Shown: piece after piece, positions 45,539 to 60,820 of the stretch
Layout: the number at the start of each line of letters is the position of its first letter
Numbering within the stretch: position 1 is the stretch's first letter
Assembly (NCBI GenBank): GCA_964016885.1
Contig: OZ024740.1
Span: 93,806,001 to 93,870,000 of the forward strand
Direction of reading: 5' to 3'
Length of the DNA: 64,000 bases
Origin: Eledone cirrhosa
Taxonomy: Eukaryota
Made by a program: the position numbers and the translations under genes
Notes under the pieces: generated by a model
The model's input: only the letters and a program-made list of their open reading frames with translations
The model's database searches: none
What the model was told of the DNA's origin: nothing

Positions 45539-46399
45539 TTACAATGTATAGGTTATGTATAATATTCTGAAGATATTATCGAAATTGTTTTTTTAAGTTT
45601 TACATATATATTTGTTTGTTCATGTTATTTTAGAAATGATGATATATTCAATTATGTTTTATACGCTCTTGGCATTGTTCTTGGCAGTGCAAATAATTAT
45701 TGATGGCTGGCATAATTTATTTTTTAGTACGAACACCCTCTATATGCTTATGGTAAAATAATAATTTCACGTAAGTGCCAAGTCCACCGAAGGTAACCAA
45801 TTAAATCATTCACATGTATATCGGTTACTTGAATTAAATCATGTTTCATGGGAATTCCTATATTCATATATATGCACATGTGTGAATTATGTTCGTGTGT
45901 TTGTGAGTGTGATGTTATCCAACATTTATAAAAATTATCAATTAATAACATATTTGCACTCAGTTTGTTCATATCATTATAGTTAAACATATAGAATAGA
46001 TGTTTTACAAAGAAATAAGAAACAAGTGACACAGAGCATATAAAAAATAATCAGATCATAGAATACATTTATTAAATCGTTTAATGCTATACGAATGTTT
46101 CGCTAAAAAATGATGATGCAAAATCCGTATAGTAATACAGGGGAAAGAAATGCATTGGTTAGAGCCAAGTATCGCCAAATGTTGTACATTATAACAAACA
46201 ATGTTTGTGAGAAAAATAAATGGTCGGCTGAAATGAAATACATTTAATGAAGCACGGAATTTAGCGATAATTGTCTATGTAGGACATATAGTGATTTTCC
46301 CTATTCCACCATAGCATAAGTTTTAGTTAAATCATAGGTATTAAAACATTTCTAACGTATTGAATGAAAAAAAAACCCATTCATCGGAATATAAAATAA

Positions 46400-49300
46400 T
46401 GTAGTGATAATATATCGTCACATTAGAGATGAACAGCATACGTGTAGGTTTGCTCAATGAGTATGAATTATATTCCGGAGAAAATGTAGAAAAGATGAAT
46501 ATAAAATTAATGTGTTTTATAATGGAATTTAATAGGTATTGACATATGTTTCTGTAACATACCTATGTATCGTTGCTTGCGTAATCATATAATATTAGCA
46601 CGTAATCGATAGCAAATGTATAATCAGTTGTCACTTCTTCAGAGATAATGGATACATTGGAAAAAATCTGAAAAACCAAAGTAAGAAAGAAAGAGGAGAG
46701 GGGAAAGTATATGACAGATGGCAATTCAATTTGCTGGTAAATAAGTGTATAGAAGGTTTTTAATGAGAATGCAATGTGTATATGGCTTATTTTATCTAAA
46801 TAAGAATTTTTGGGAGTGCCGATTTTAATTTATATTTGACCAGTTGAACAATGGACAGAGCTGGTGGCTTGGTGTGGTAGTATTAATACAGATATAAGGT
46901 GTCTAGTAAGGAAGAGAGATTTTCAATGCTACTTTATAACAACAATGCTGGTAGCCTGTTGGTATATGCTTTAGGGAATTGAATTGAGAAATCTCATTTT
47001 ATATATAGCATTTTATATTAAATGATAAAGAATAGAGTTGATGATAGAATTAAAACTAATAGAGATAATGTTAATATGTATTTTGGCAATCAAACGAGGA
47101 TGGAGACGCGTTCAATCCTGGTAGCGTTTTTAATATGAAAATGTAGATTTCAAACGATGGTTACAGTCTAACGATCGCTCTATTCTATTATTATAGGATT
47201 TTATAATACAAAACATTTCCATATAACACAATCTACAACATTTCTATATTTGGAGACGCAGGGGTTTAAGTTATTTTATTCCATTTTAGGTTAAATTGTT
47301 GGTTATTTTCGCGCAGCTGCCAAGCCCTGTCCGCGAGTGTTGTTACATAATGCTGGTTTTCATGTTTTATCGAGTAGCGATGTATATAAAGGTGAGATAT
47401 GAAGGAGGTAGCAGTAGACCCCACATAGTACCACTTCTGGCTACCCGATTCGAGAGTACATGTGTATATGATGTTGCGTTCAAGACATTGGTTATTCAAC
47501 GGACACATTCCTAGTTGGAAAAGTTACAGTTATAATTATGCGCAGTTGTAATACCATGGATGGGTTGATGGGGTTGTTTAGGCATGTCGGGATGTTGTTT
47601 GTTCTTTAGTAAAGTTTTGTTATGTGTTGGAAGGCATTTGTACAACTGTTTTGCGTTAAGCTTTTTTATATGTTGTTCAATATTAGGGGCAGTTGAATAT
47701 GAAAGTCGAATAGTGTTAGGGTTTAAGATGTTATTATATTTATGTGATGCTGGAAAATGTTTTTTAACTAATCGAAAGAATTGTGAGGCTAGATTGGTTT
47801 TAATAGAGTAGTTAAAGACCGGGATGTACCATATATACTTTTTACATCGCCTTCTGTTTGGTGGTGGTGTGCGATTATTGGTGTCTATTGCGGTAGTGTA
47901 TGTATGGTTGTGATTGTCTGCTATTTCTACCTCTATGAGATTTATTTTGAGTGTTTTGGTGATCGTCGACTATATACTCTATATTATCTAGGTGTCCAGA
48001 TTTCCTATGTGCATCATCATAATATTCGGCATGTTCATCGAAGGTTTACAGGTTGGACGACAGGCGGGAGATTCTAAGGGAAATATTTCTAGGGATGGAT
48101 TTAATTGTAGAGGGTGGATTATTTTTAGAACCTGTATTTACATATTTAAGGTTCTCATTTAGTTTATGGAACGGTTTAATCGTTTCTGTATTGAGATTCA
48201 AAGTAACATCGAGGAAATTAACGTCTTTGTGTTTATATTCAAACGTAATACTTTATCCTAGTTCCTTAAAAAGCTTCCTAATATTTTTACGCATCCTTTC
48301 TAAATTCTGGTTATTCATATGCTTAACTAACAGGAGCGCATCATCACGGTAGAGTCCACCGTGGAGATCCTTAAAGTAGTCCTTGTAGTCTGTGGGCGAG
48401 ATAAATTCACACAAGATTAGTTACTTCCGACGAATCATTGGAACCCATAGTTATATGAAGACTAGAGGGTCTATCTTTGCGTACCCAGTAGCTATCATCA
48501 AATCTAACAATAATTTTCCTCGCTTCTATAATAATACTAATTTCATCGTCCGTAAGGTCGGAGTTAGCCTTAGCGAACGAAAGAGCTTCATACAGAGTAT
48601 CAGGTGAGATTGAGGAATAATACTCATCAATATCTAACTGAATAAATTTTGATTTCTTCTTATCAGTAAGGCTATTAAACTATCTTATTGCCTCATGGGT
48701 TTTACCCCATACTTTAATATTTACTTTATCCTTAACCTGTCTAATATGTATTTGCTAATTTTACCTATATCAGATGTATAAGGGACATATAAGTCTAATG
48801 TTAGGGTCAGTATCAAAGTTCATGGTCCTTCAAGTTGAGAATGGAGTAGCTGGTAAGTCTAACACCGACTTTACGGATGATGAAATTAGTATTATTATAG
48901 AAGCCAGGAAAACTATTGTTAGATTTGATGATAGCTATTGGGTACGCAAATATAGACCCTGTTAATTTCGATATAACTATGGGTTCCAATGATTCGGCGG
49001 AAGTAACTGATCTTGTGGGAATTGATATCGCCCACGCGACTACAAGGACAATTTAAGGATCTCCATGGTGGACTCCACCATGATGATGCGCTCTATTAGT
49101 TAAGCATATGAATAACCAGAATTTATAAAGGATGCGTAAACATATTAGGAAGCTTTTTAAGGAACTAGGATTAAGTATTACGTTTGAATATAACCTCAAA
49201 GAGGTTGATTTCCTCGATGTTACTTTGAATTTCAATACAGAAACGATTAAACCTTTCCATAAACTAAATGAGAACCTTAAATATGTAAATACAGGTTCTA

Positions 49301-50975
49301 ACCATCGACTCCCTACAATTAAATCCATCCCTAGAAATATTTCCCTTAGAGTCTCCCGCCTGTCGTCCAACCTGCAAACCTTCAATGAACATGCCGAATA
49401 GTATGATGATGCACTTAGGAAGGCTGGACACCTAGATAATATAGAGTATATAGTCGACTATCGCCAATACACTCAAAATAAATCTCATAGAGGTAGAAAT
49501 AGCAGAGACTCACAACCATACATACACTACCGCTATAGACACACTAGTAGTCGCACACCACCAAACAGAAGGCGATGTAAAGAGTATATATGGTACAACA
49601 TGTCTATAACAACTATATTAAAACACATCTACCCTCACAATTCTTTCGATTAGTTAAAAAACATTTTCCAGCATCACATGAATATAATAAAATCTTAAAC
49701 CCTAACACTATTCGACTTTCATATTCAGCCGCCACTAATATTGTACAACATATAAAAAAGCTTAACGCCAAAAGATTTTATAAATGCCTTCCATCACATA
49801 ACAAAACATCACAAAAAAACAAACAACATCTCGACATGCCTAAGCAAGCTCATCAACCAATCCATGGTAGTACAACTGCGCATAATTATAACTGTAACAT
49901 TTCCAACTAGGAATGTGTCCGTTGAATAACCATTGTCTTGATCGCAGCATCATATACAAATGTACTATCGAATCGGGTAGCCAGAAATGGTACAATGTGG
50001 TGTCTACTGCGACCTCCTTCAAATCTCGCCTTTATAGACATCGCTATTCGATAAAACATGAAAACCAGCGTTATGTAACAACACTCGCGGACAGGGCTTG
50101 GCAGCGGCGCGAAAATAACCAACACTTTAACCTAAAATGGTATAAAATAGCTAAAACCCTGGCGTATCTCCAAGGACAGACATTTTCTAGATTGTGTAAT
50201 ATGGTAAAATATTTTGTATTATGAAATAAGAAAATATGTTATTAAATAACAGAATAGAGCGATCGTTATACTGTAACCATAGCTTGAAATCTACATTTTC
50301 ATATTACAAACGCTACCAGGATTGAACGCGTCTTCATCCCCATTTGATTGTCAAAATACATATTAACATTATCTCTATTAGTTTTAATCCTATCAACACC
50401 TCTATTCTTTATCATTTAATATAAAATGCTATAGATAAAATGAGATTTCTCAATTCAATTCCCTAAAGCATATACCAACAGGCTGCCAGCATTATTGTTA
50501 TACAGTAGGAGTGAAACTCTCTTCCTTACTTGACACCTTATATCTGTATTAATACTACCACACCAAGCCTCCAGCCCTGTCCAATGTTCAACTGGTCAAA
50601 TATAAATTAAAATCAGCACTCCCAAAAATTCTTATTTAGATAAAATAAGCCATATACACATTGTGTTCTCATTAAAAACCTTCTATACACTTGTTTACCA
50701 GCAAATTGAATTGCCATCTGTCATATACATTCCCCTCTCCTCTTCCTTTCTTGCAACTAATATAAATACTTTGATTTTTCTGATTTTTTCCAATTCATCC
50801 AATATCTCTGAAGAAGTGACAACTGATTATACATTTGCTATCGATTGCGTGCTAATATTATATGATTACGCAAGCAGCGATACATAGGTATTCCGTCTGT
50901 TACAGAGACATATGTCAATACCTAATAAATTCCTTTATAAAGGCACTTTCATTTTATATTCATCTTTTCTTCATC
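46400..50975. mobile_element. Naiad-like PLE foldback with ~2.1 kb arms (46488-48570 minus; 48855-50975 plus)
   Basis: Both arms encode decayed RT-GIY-YIG: FIQLDIDEYY, ITMGSNDSAE, YRDDAL, VDFLDVTLN, MCPLNN.C, YYVGSTATSF. HHRs at 46537-46647 (-) and 50803-50920 (+). Confidence 0.92.
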
Positions 50976-51035
50976 TGAATATATGTATATATATATATGT
51001 GTGTGTATGTGTGTGTATCACATATATATATATAC

Positions 51036-51952
51036 AGGAGGGCCCTGTAGAAACAGTAGACAGCTTCTGCTACCTAGGTGACCGAATTAGCAACGGAGGT
51101 GGGTGCTCAGAAAGTACAATAACTAGGGTAAGAACGGGATGGAAGAAGTTTAGGGAACTACTACCACTGCTAGCTGCAAAAGGCTTCTCCCTCAGAATGA
51201 AAGGCAGACTGTATGATGCTTTTATCCGAACAGCGATGTTGCATGGTAGTGAGACCTGGGCGCTGAAGGTGGAAGACTTACGTAGATTAGAGAGAAACGA
51301 AGCCTGCATGCTCCGATGGATGTGTAACAGTAATATACGTGAACGACAAAGCATAAAGGAATTGAGAGAGAGACTGAGCATAAGAGGAATCAAATGCTGC
51401 GTGCAGGAGAGGCGGTTACGCTGGTATGGACATGTGAATGCGTATGAAGGATGACAGCTGCATAAAAAGGTGCAGAGCACTAGAAGTTGATGGAAACCGC
51501 GGAGTGGGGAGACCCAAGATGACTTGGGATGAGGTGATAAAAGCCGACCTTACCCAACTACACCTCTCAAAGTCAATGACACACGACCGTGACTTCTGGC
51601 GTCACGCAGTAATACAGGGTACCCGACCTCCCATGGGTACATGCTGAAGCATATAATCAATGTGCCCCCCCCCCCACCACCGCAAGGTGGTCGTGGAGGT
51701 GCCACGGCAAAAAAGCACCCAGCCCACACTGTAAAGTGGACGTGTAGGCGCCACGAAAAAGCACCCAGCACTCACTGTAAATGAGGTTGGTGTTAGGAAG
51801 GGCATCCAGCTGTAGAAATCAAGCCAGATCAGTTCCTGTATGAGCAAGGCATGGTCAGCCGACCAGACACTGCCCACAACAGGACAACCCGTCTAACCCA
51901 TGCTAGCGTGGAAGAACGGACGTAAAACGGTGATGATGATGATGATGATGAT
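51036..51952 (+). mobile_element. 5'-truncated RTE LINE with 3' UTR and (GAT)n tail
   Basis: Motifs: VDSFCYLGD..GWKKFREL..MLHGSETW..MLRWMC..RRLRWYGHV..GRPKMTW. The UTR reads aggaagggcatccagctgtagaaa..aacccatgctagcgtggaa, then (GAT)n. Confidence 0.93.
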
Positions 51953-51964
51953 GTATATATAATA

Positions 51965-54900
51965 TTAAGGATGATATTTTTAGTTATGTATATTTTAAAC
52001 TGTAAACACGGAAGGTCAGTAATGTATTACTACCTTATTACCAGTAAGATAAATAGCTCAATGTAAGAACATCGGCTGTTCTACAGAGCAATTATATAGA
52101 ATTAACAAAAATCAAAGCTGTGTTCAAAACATTTATTCACTTACAATTGTTTCATCCAAACCTAGACTTGTGTCTTCGGAGCATTTTTTAATGCTTGTAC
52201 ATTTAATTGACCTCGTATCCAACGCAAGAGACATGCATATGCATATATATATATATATATATTAATGCACAGTGGAGTGGTATATATTATACTATACTAT
52301 ATTTGTATAGCAATTCAAATTTAAAATCAAATTAAAATACATGCGGCATGTAACACAGATAATGCAAGAGAATAGTCCGACAATCAGATCTAGTAGATAG
52401 TGTATGCGTTAATCATACATAGAGCCTGCACGTGTGTCTCATTTATTGTAAGAGTATTGTGTGGCAAGGTATTACATGCAATACAAGAACTTTAAGCTTG
52501 TAAGCAAGAGTACTATGGTGGTTGTAGTGGGAGGGTATGTTTTGTATAGATAAAATAAGTATGTGCGCAGAAAAAGAAAAAGAAAGTTATAGTTTTCACA
52601 TCCACCACAATTTTCACATCCACATAAAGGAATTTATAGTTTTAACATCCATCACATATGTTACAATAATTCGTATTGAATGTTTGATGTAGTAAATGAT
52701 TGTAACGTATTGAGACTAAGTGTTATTTAATCCATATTTATAGAATAGGTTCTTTCTGCTGCGAGAAATTACACGGTTTATTATCCGGAAGTTGGTATGC
52801 TATTAAGGGGAGTTAATGCGTAAGATAGGGAGATAACTAATTGATCCCCATAACCAAATCCATTGTTCTAACATACATTATATTGTGCCTCAATTGAGTC
52901 CCTTATATAAAAGATTATATATATATATATTTAATTTTACATACACTCTACTCTCTCATAATATATTAAAGGTATCTATAGGAAGTTAATAACTCCTTAT
53001 TATATAGGGCTATATTTGAATTTCCAACACAAAGTGCTATATATTTATATCAAATTCACTTTAAATACCGTCTGCGTTCAAAACATATCGAAGGTCGAAT
53101 TAGATTGTTGTCTATATAACTTTTGGTAAGCTATGAGGCACCGTACGGCTGTTTGCATGATAACATTAGATACGTCTTTTGGGTAAACAAATACATCCCC
53201 CATATACAATGCCAATAATATATCCATTAAGTTATACATGCATATATAATTCATATATAATTCATTGTACCACACTACATATATGTTAGTCCGATCCCTT
53301 ATGTTAATAAATTAATCCTATATATATCTAATGTTATTACTCAATACATTTACTTACAAATGCATATACAATTCATTGTTGTATCTAGTATTTAAAGTTT
53401 ATATAAACTCTATTATATTTCAATCCCTATATAATTATAAGTAATTAAAAGTAATTATATTAACAGTTGGTGTTTATGGGATATTTCTAGGGTATAAAGT
53501 TATAGATAGATAGAAAGATTTGTTTCGAGGAAAGGGTGGATTAGAGAGGGTGGTGTAGTGGTAGAAGGCAAGCCCTTGAGGTGCGGTGTTACAAGTTGCG
53601 ATGAGTTCAAATCTGACATTGTTATATATTAGGTTTAAAGCTTTGGAAGGAGTGTCGTAAGCGGTGCTGGCACGACGCAAACACTTCCGATTTGTTATTA
53701 AGGAGGTTAAGGTTCGAAAAGATTATAGTATGGGTCTCTAGTAGACAGAGGTTACATAATTTATTAGGTGGTTTTTACGATGCCGCCTTACCCATCACTT
53801 CCCATTGAAGTGTATACGATTTATTCCTAGTATTCAGATAGTGTATGTAGCTAGATAGTGAGGTGGAGTTGGCTAGACTGAGTTTTTTTAAAGAATGGAG
53901 ATATGAATTGTATCTCTTTTTGAAGCAGTCGAAGTAGAGCCTATATAGGTTTCAGAAGAGTTGCTAGTTCTGACCGTCCATGAGTAGATGATGTCTTTGG
54001 TTAAGCAGTGTTTACCTAACGGGCAGGGTCTATTAGATCTACAGTTACATTTATGTTGGATGTTAAACTGTCGGTCATTATGTTGTGTAGTAGTCCGGTT
54101 GCTAGGTATTGCATTATGGATATGAAGATTGTCGCTCCTAATGCTATTGATATCATTAGTGTTATTACTATTATTGATATTAATAGTTATTACGTTGTTT
54201 TGAAAGTTTACCCCCTTCTGTGTTTTAGTTTGTTGGAAGTAATTATTCATCTTTCTTTTATTGCTACTAGCTATGTGGTATGCTATGTTAGGCGTGGTAG
54301 AGTAGGAGATTTTAATGGTGTTTTTATTTATAAGACTATGGCACTTGTGGCCAGATGGGATGTTTTTATTCAGGATTGAGAAGAAAGCCTTAGGTAGGTT
54401 GGTAGAGACGTTTAGATTGAAGGGGGGGGGTTGACAAATGTATTAGTTCTTCTTCTATTTTTGTTTTTATATTTGTTGAAGTGTTTCCGTTTATAGTATT
54501 TTGGTGTCCTCTCTGGTGCGAGTTACGTTTGATGCTACCCTTCGTATTAGTGTGTGTGTGGTTATTACTCTTATTACTATTTTTCCTCATGGACATATTG
54601 TTAGAAATAATGTTGTAACTATGTGTTTTTATAGGTAGGAACTCAATCTCATTATTATGGCCTGATCTAGCTAATGCCTGATTATAGTATTGTGAATTTT
54701 TGCTGAATATGGTTTCGTCATCAGATAGATTAGAGATTCTATTGGATATTCCTTTAGTGATAGAGTTTAATATTGATCTAGGTTGGTTAGACTTGGTATC
54801 TACATAAATTAGTTTTTCGTTAGGTTTATATATATTTTAGAGTCTAGGTAAAGGGTAGCATCCAGGAAGTTAACGTTGTTAATGTTTTTGTCTATGGTGA

Positions 54901-55074
54901 TACTTAGGTTATAGATTTTGAAAGTTTTATGTAATAGTTTCCTAGTTCTTTGCGTTGGATAGGAGGTCAATTATATGTACAAGCATTAAAACATGCTCCG
55001 AAGACCCCAACCCTAGGTTTGGATGAAACAATTGTAAGTGAATAAATGTTTTGAACGTAGCTTTGATGTTTGTG

Positions 55075-55081
<7 letters not shown>
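51965..55081 (-). mobile_element. 5'-truncated Naiad-like PLE with inverted 5' pLTR (54964-55081); HHRs at 52138-52183 (-) and 54994-55040 (+)
   Basis: 53680-54960 is a decayed ORF: CNCRSNRPCPLGKHCLTKDIIYS..TYIGST, CNLCLLE. HHR: TGCT-CCGAAGA..GAAA-CAATTG-TA-AGTG. Confidence 0.88.
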
Positions 55082-55170
<89 letters not shown>

Positions 55171-55243
55171 AAATATATATATATATATATATGTATAAAT
55201 ATCTAATATATATATATATGCAACACATAACACTTATTTCTAA

Positions 55244-55386
<143 letters not shown>

Positions 55387-55501
55387 CACTTATTTCTAAA
55401 TATATATATATATATATATATATAGAGTTAGAAATAAGTGTTATGTGTTGCATATATATATTATATATTTATACATATGTATATATATATATGCAACACA
55501 C

Positions 55502-55692
55502 GTGGTGGATTGGTAGTATCGGTAGAGTGTCGGACGCCATGCTTTGACGTATATAGTTACGACCCTTGCCATTCTGAGTTCAAATCCCGCCGAGGTTAAG
55601 TTTTCCTTTCATCCTTACGGGGTCGATAAAATAAAGTACCAGTAATGTACTGGGTAATTGCTGGCCTTGTGCCAAAAAGTAGAAACAATTAT
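55502..55692 (+). mobile_element. tRNA-derived SINE (Octopus-like)
   Basis: A box TGGTGGATTGG, B box GAGTTCAAATCC, body cctttcatccttacggggtcgataaaataaagtaccag. A second copy is at 60860-61034. Confidence 0.85.
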
Positions 55693-56559
55693 ATAAATAT
55701 ATAAATATATAGCATATACTGAGAGGTTGCGACGGAGAGAGAGGGGGAAACAAAAATAGAAAGTGTGTTAGCGAGAAAAAGAACATAATGAGTAGCAGAA
55801 ACATTCCTGGAGATAATGTTTTCAAGAACTTTGAATTAATAATGATTATAATGAATATGATGAATATAGAATTATTCGAAGCCTAAAGGAAGTTTGAAGC
55901 AAAAATATGATTCCACATGAAGACAATAAACACGTGAATGGATATTCTACAGTTCATTATGTTCTCATCTTTCACCTATATCTGTTATTTCACCAATGTA
56001 TTTTCAGCTTCAAGATTGTTTCTCTTGAAAATATTATGGAGCTCCATCGACCTGGAAAACTTTTCCTATGTATTCCTAGTTTAACACATTCCATGTGATG
56101 TGGTGTGATGAGTCACAGAAATCATTAGAGCAAATTATTACGCATATGAGAATATATATATTAATCTCTCTACACTCACATGCGGAGATTATAAGGATGT
56201 GTTTAATTTCATTCAATATCTGTGTGTCCAATTGATTTTAACCAGCAAGAGATGTCTTATATTAATTAAACATTTTGCTTACATACATATTTATTTATTT
56301 TTTAGAAGGAAAATAATTCAATTTTAATTTCCTATACTTAATGCATGCTATGTGATGAAACACGTAATAACAAATCATTCCTAACACAAACACATGTTCA
56401 GCAATTTTTGGGTAAAAGCAATTGATTATATCGAAACAAATACAGCCTGCATCATATTATCAGACAGTTAGCATATACTTTACCCGGGAGACATTAAAAG
56501 GAGGTTCCTCTATAATTGGAACCATATCTCTAGTCTCGTTTATAATTTCAAAATTGGGA

Positions 56560-58320
56560 TCATCACTCCCGATTGCCATTACTTAGGTGAATTTCAAGTC
56601 ATCCAGGCCAAACGGGACACATGAATCAACCAGAGCATATCTTCTCTACTTAAGGATTTTGTATTCTCGGGTAGAATATTCTTCTTCCTCAAAAGCCTTG
56701 CAAATTTTGAGCACTTTAAATAAACTTGTGACAGTAGCCTCAGATGAATTATTCACCGACCACATATGCGTCTTGTATACAGCAGAAGATGATGATGTGA
56801 TTAGGTTCAGGAGATCAGCAAATTGGTTTTACCATATCTGATGAGGGGTGAAGCCAAATGCATTTTAATAGCTGGTGAGAGAGGACTTCTTATTATGAAG
56901 ACGATGGATGGTTTGCATGTGCACTTGATTTGCTGATCTGATGTCGGATTCTAGCGTAACTTTAGACACCTTAAATTTCTCTGCTGGGATTCTTCGCGCC
57001 AGCTTGTACCATATTTCCAAGACACATTTGTAATCCACCTTCTTTGCGCGGATAGCATCTTTGATCTCTTAATTTAACTAAAGGGTCCACCTGACATTCT
57101 TCGCCACACAATGCCTCTTTCACTCGCAACATTTAACAGCTGGAGCAGAAACTGATCTGCTGAACAATATCTCTTCTATTTCAATGTCCTCTGATTGCCC
57201 AGGCAGTGCCCTAGATTTGGATGCAATAGTGTCTTCATATATTGTCCTAACTTCAATATTCTCAAAATGCTTACCAATTTATCATATAGATAACATTGGT
57301 CCTGTCTGATTGGTGGGCTTATTTGGCTTTAGGTATTCTGAAGTGTCAGATATAGATGGTAAGCTGTTGGCAACTCAGCCACTATTTAACCTCAAACATC
57401 CAACAGAGAATCAAATAAACCAGAGATAATAACAAAATCATATTTCTTGTGTACATGATATCTGATGAACTGTGCAGTTTTTACCCCGTTGCCACGCAGT
57501 CGAGCAAATTTTATCAATGCTACAGGTCTTGCAGTATAAGTGGGAGTATTTTTCTAAGAGGTACATTCTATGGTCGAATTTAAAAAAGTCATATGGCCAC
57601 GTTCCTGCGGATATGGTGTGGGAAATTCTGCAGAGTACAGAATATTTTTCTGATTAATGGTGCTAAATAGAAACCATTCAATCCGATTTAGAATCCCTAT
57701 ATGGTGCGTACTGTCTCCTCTCTTTGTCATTATTTAAATGAACATAATTAAGATACGCAGCTGGGTTGGATGTTGTATAATGAAATGTAGGTGTAAAATC
57801 AGTCGGCTATAATTTGCAGGTGTGTTCTTACTTAACTCGACAGAAGGCGATCTCCGACTTGGACTTAATTGGTGTGAAAACTGAGACACTCATCCTCTGA
57901 AAGAAGCCGCAGAGTGCACCTTTCATGTGAATTGAGATACACTGAAGCAATTAGAGACATTTTGATTATCTAAAGGCCGTGGTCACGACAGATGGAAGGA
58001 GAGAGGCTGAATTAAAGACAAGCATTGCAGGAGCTGAGGAAGATGCACCATGTTGAGCATCCAGTTAAATAACAAGTTAGGCCCACTCGCTATCTTCATT
58101 TCAGTATTCGTGCCAACACTTACGTATTGTCATGAATCTTTAGAAATGACCGAAATAATATGATCACGAAAACGACCGGCCGAAATGGGTTTCTTTTTAG
58201 GGATTTCGTGTAACGTTAATCAATGTTGTGTGAGCTTGAAAATCAGAGAGTCACTCTGGGCATGTGGTTAGAATATCCCAGCAAATACTCTCAGGACAGA
58301 TTTACGGGCAAAACCAATCG
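56560..58320. mobile_element. Decayed RTE LINE fragments (plus-strand RT at 57450-58320; probable minus-strand piece upstream)
   Basis: EQILSMLQVLQYKWEY..NLKKSYGHVP..VWEIL resembles the RTE RT motif. FDYLK, PTLTYCHES..MT and RPAEMGF follow downstream. Confidence 0.6.
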
Positions 58321-58321
58321 G

Positions 58322-58526
58322 CAGGAGGAGGAGGAGGAGGATGAGGGGGTGGAGGAGGAGGAGGATGAGGGGGAGGATGAGGAGGATGGGGAGGGGGAGG
58401 AGAAGAAGAAGAAGAAGAAGAAGAAGAAGAAGAAGAAGAAGAAGAAGAAGAAGAAGAAGAAGAAGAAGAAGAAGAAGAAGAAGAAGAAGAAGAAGAAGAA
58501 GAAGAAGAAGAAGAAGACGACGACGC

Positions 58527-58610
<84 letters not shown>
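58322..58610. repeat. Compound trinucleotide repeat (GAG/GAT), (AAG)n, (ACG)n
   Basis: Read directly. It explains the polyK/R/T ORFs. Confidence 0.97.
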
Positions 58611-60594
58611 TTTGATTTTCTTCTTTTGGTGTGGATCGGAATTACGAAAAGAATAATTTACGACGGAATTCCTATAAGTCAGACCTTAGAAACTCTTTGC
58701 TAATTGCTTCAATGTATTAAATTCGACACTCTATCAATTCTGATATTAGAACATCATGAGCTAGTTCAGAATAGATGAAAATAGGTAAAATATACATATA
58801 TATGTAACGCAATATTGATGAAGCTGGGATTACAAATTACAAATGCGACAGCTACAGCAAAGCTTTGTGACTTAATCGATAACAATTCTGCTAATGCAAA
58901 CACGATTTCTAATTAAGGAGCTCTTTCAGTATTTTTGTCGAAGGGAAAGTTTCTTATATCGACATCAGTAATTTAGAGGTATATTATTTCATCAATCTCA
59001 GCGGAATGATATGGACAGATGATTTTGCCGCGAATTCACCTCAAACACTAATGTAATACTGCAAAATATATTGATCGATACACTAGTTATTCGACCAATT
59101 CATCACCCATGAAAATGTCGATTTTTTTTTATTTAGACACAAACACACTGATTTGGTACAGGGCAATGCATTTTAAATTAGCCACAATACTTCAAGGATA
59201 ATTTATTGTATCGATATCGGAGGGATCAAAAACATATTTGAACATTGCAATATTTCAAAGCAAAATATAATAAACCTGAACGAATACATCAATTATTTTT
59301 CTTCGACTGGAATCTGCCAATCTGGAAGTAGTCTGCCAATCTGATTGTTAAAATAATACTAATACTTTTATATTTCTAATATCTTTGTTTTGGAAATTAT
59401 TTAAAGATATATTGAATATTGTATATTTATATATGGTATATATGTATATATGGTATATATTTATAGGGTAGCAAACATACAAATTCATTAAATTTCACTT
59501 ATGCTTGAGAAAACAATTATTTCCAATAACAAAACAATAAATCGTGTAACATAAGAAAGGAATAAAAGGCATCAATGCATTCGACTTTTCGATGTAGTTG
59601 TTTGGTAAATAAATGCCATACATCAACATATTACGGTTATGTTATATTGCATATGTTATATTGTTACATTGCATTTATATAATACTGCTGTATTTTAACA
59701 TTAATAAATATTCAAAGTTCTTTTGAATAGAAACCCATTTCATAGAATGTTATGGTGTATCTTATTCCCTTTAACATTTGTTTCCCGATTTTATATACAT
59801 AAACGAATAATTACTTAACTATTTAGTTATCATAAATAAACATCAAAAAATGCTAATAAAGTCAGTGTATATATGGCAGAAGAATATTGTGTCGGATAGA
59901 AAACCATGTAGTAATTCTTCGTGATCTGGCCCTTATTCTTTGTAATTCTACATTATTCGCACAATCTCCATATCTTTCTCAATTTTCATCTCGCCTTATC
60001 CCTCTTTAGTACACTTTACTGACATTCAACCCTAAACTATGAAACGCTACAAAATTAAGCTTAAATTCCGAACAGAAAATTAATAACACATTGTATAATA
60101 CATGATTAGATATAAAAGAAAGTAGCTTCTTGATGGTTGGCATACTTTGATCTTCATCTTTCTTTTGTGTGATATAGCATCGCGATAAAGGGATCAAATA
60201 CAATCCCTAGAAAATGTAATATTGTGACAGATTAAACACTGGGTGCCGTATCTACTAAGAAAACATTAAAACAGATTATAATTAACAGTTCAAAATTATT
60301 TATATGTAATTAACTTATAAAGTTTTCGTTTTAATTATATTTGAAATATTTTTTTTCTTCTTAATTAGAACTTCATCACAAAAATATACACGTTGCACAA
60401 TTTCAAGAAAATCTGACACATTCCCATTGCTTTCTCTCCTTGTGGAAAGGTGAGTTTCCTCCTGTCTCAGTTCCCATTCAACTCACTCTTCACTCTTACA
60501 TTCCGGCCACCTTTCGCACATTCTACGCATTCATCTCTTCATCTCTCTCTCACACACACACACACATAGACGCGCGCGCGCTCACACACACAAA

Positions 60595-60648
<54 letters not shown>

Positions 60649-60820
60649 TACACACATACACACATACACACATACACACACATATATATATATATATACA
60701 TATACATCTTACGTTAACTATTTTCCCATTTTGACGTTATAGTCACTTATTTATTATGAAATACTGTTGGCTTCTTGCTCACAATAATTTCTATACTTTT
60801 CATATATATATATATATATA

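Noticed and set aside
58223-58703. PolyE/K/T and polyR proteins; also polyS/L at 24283-24724
   Set aside because: They are translations of trinucleotide repeats.
58900-59350. Two very decayed minus-strand SINE copies
   Set aside because: Resemblance is patchy and the boundaries cannot be supported without alignment.
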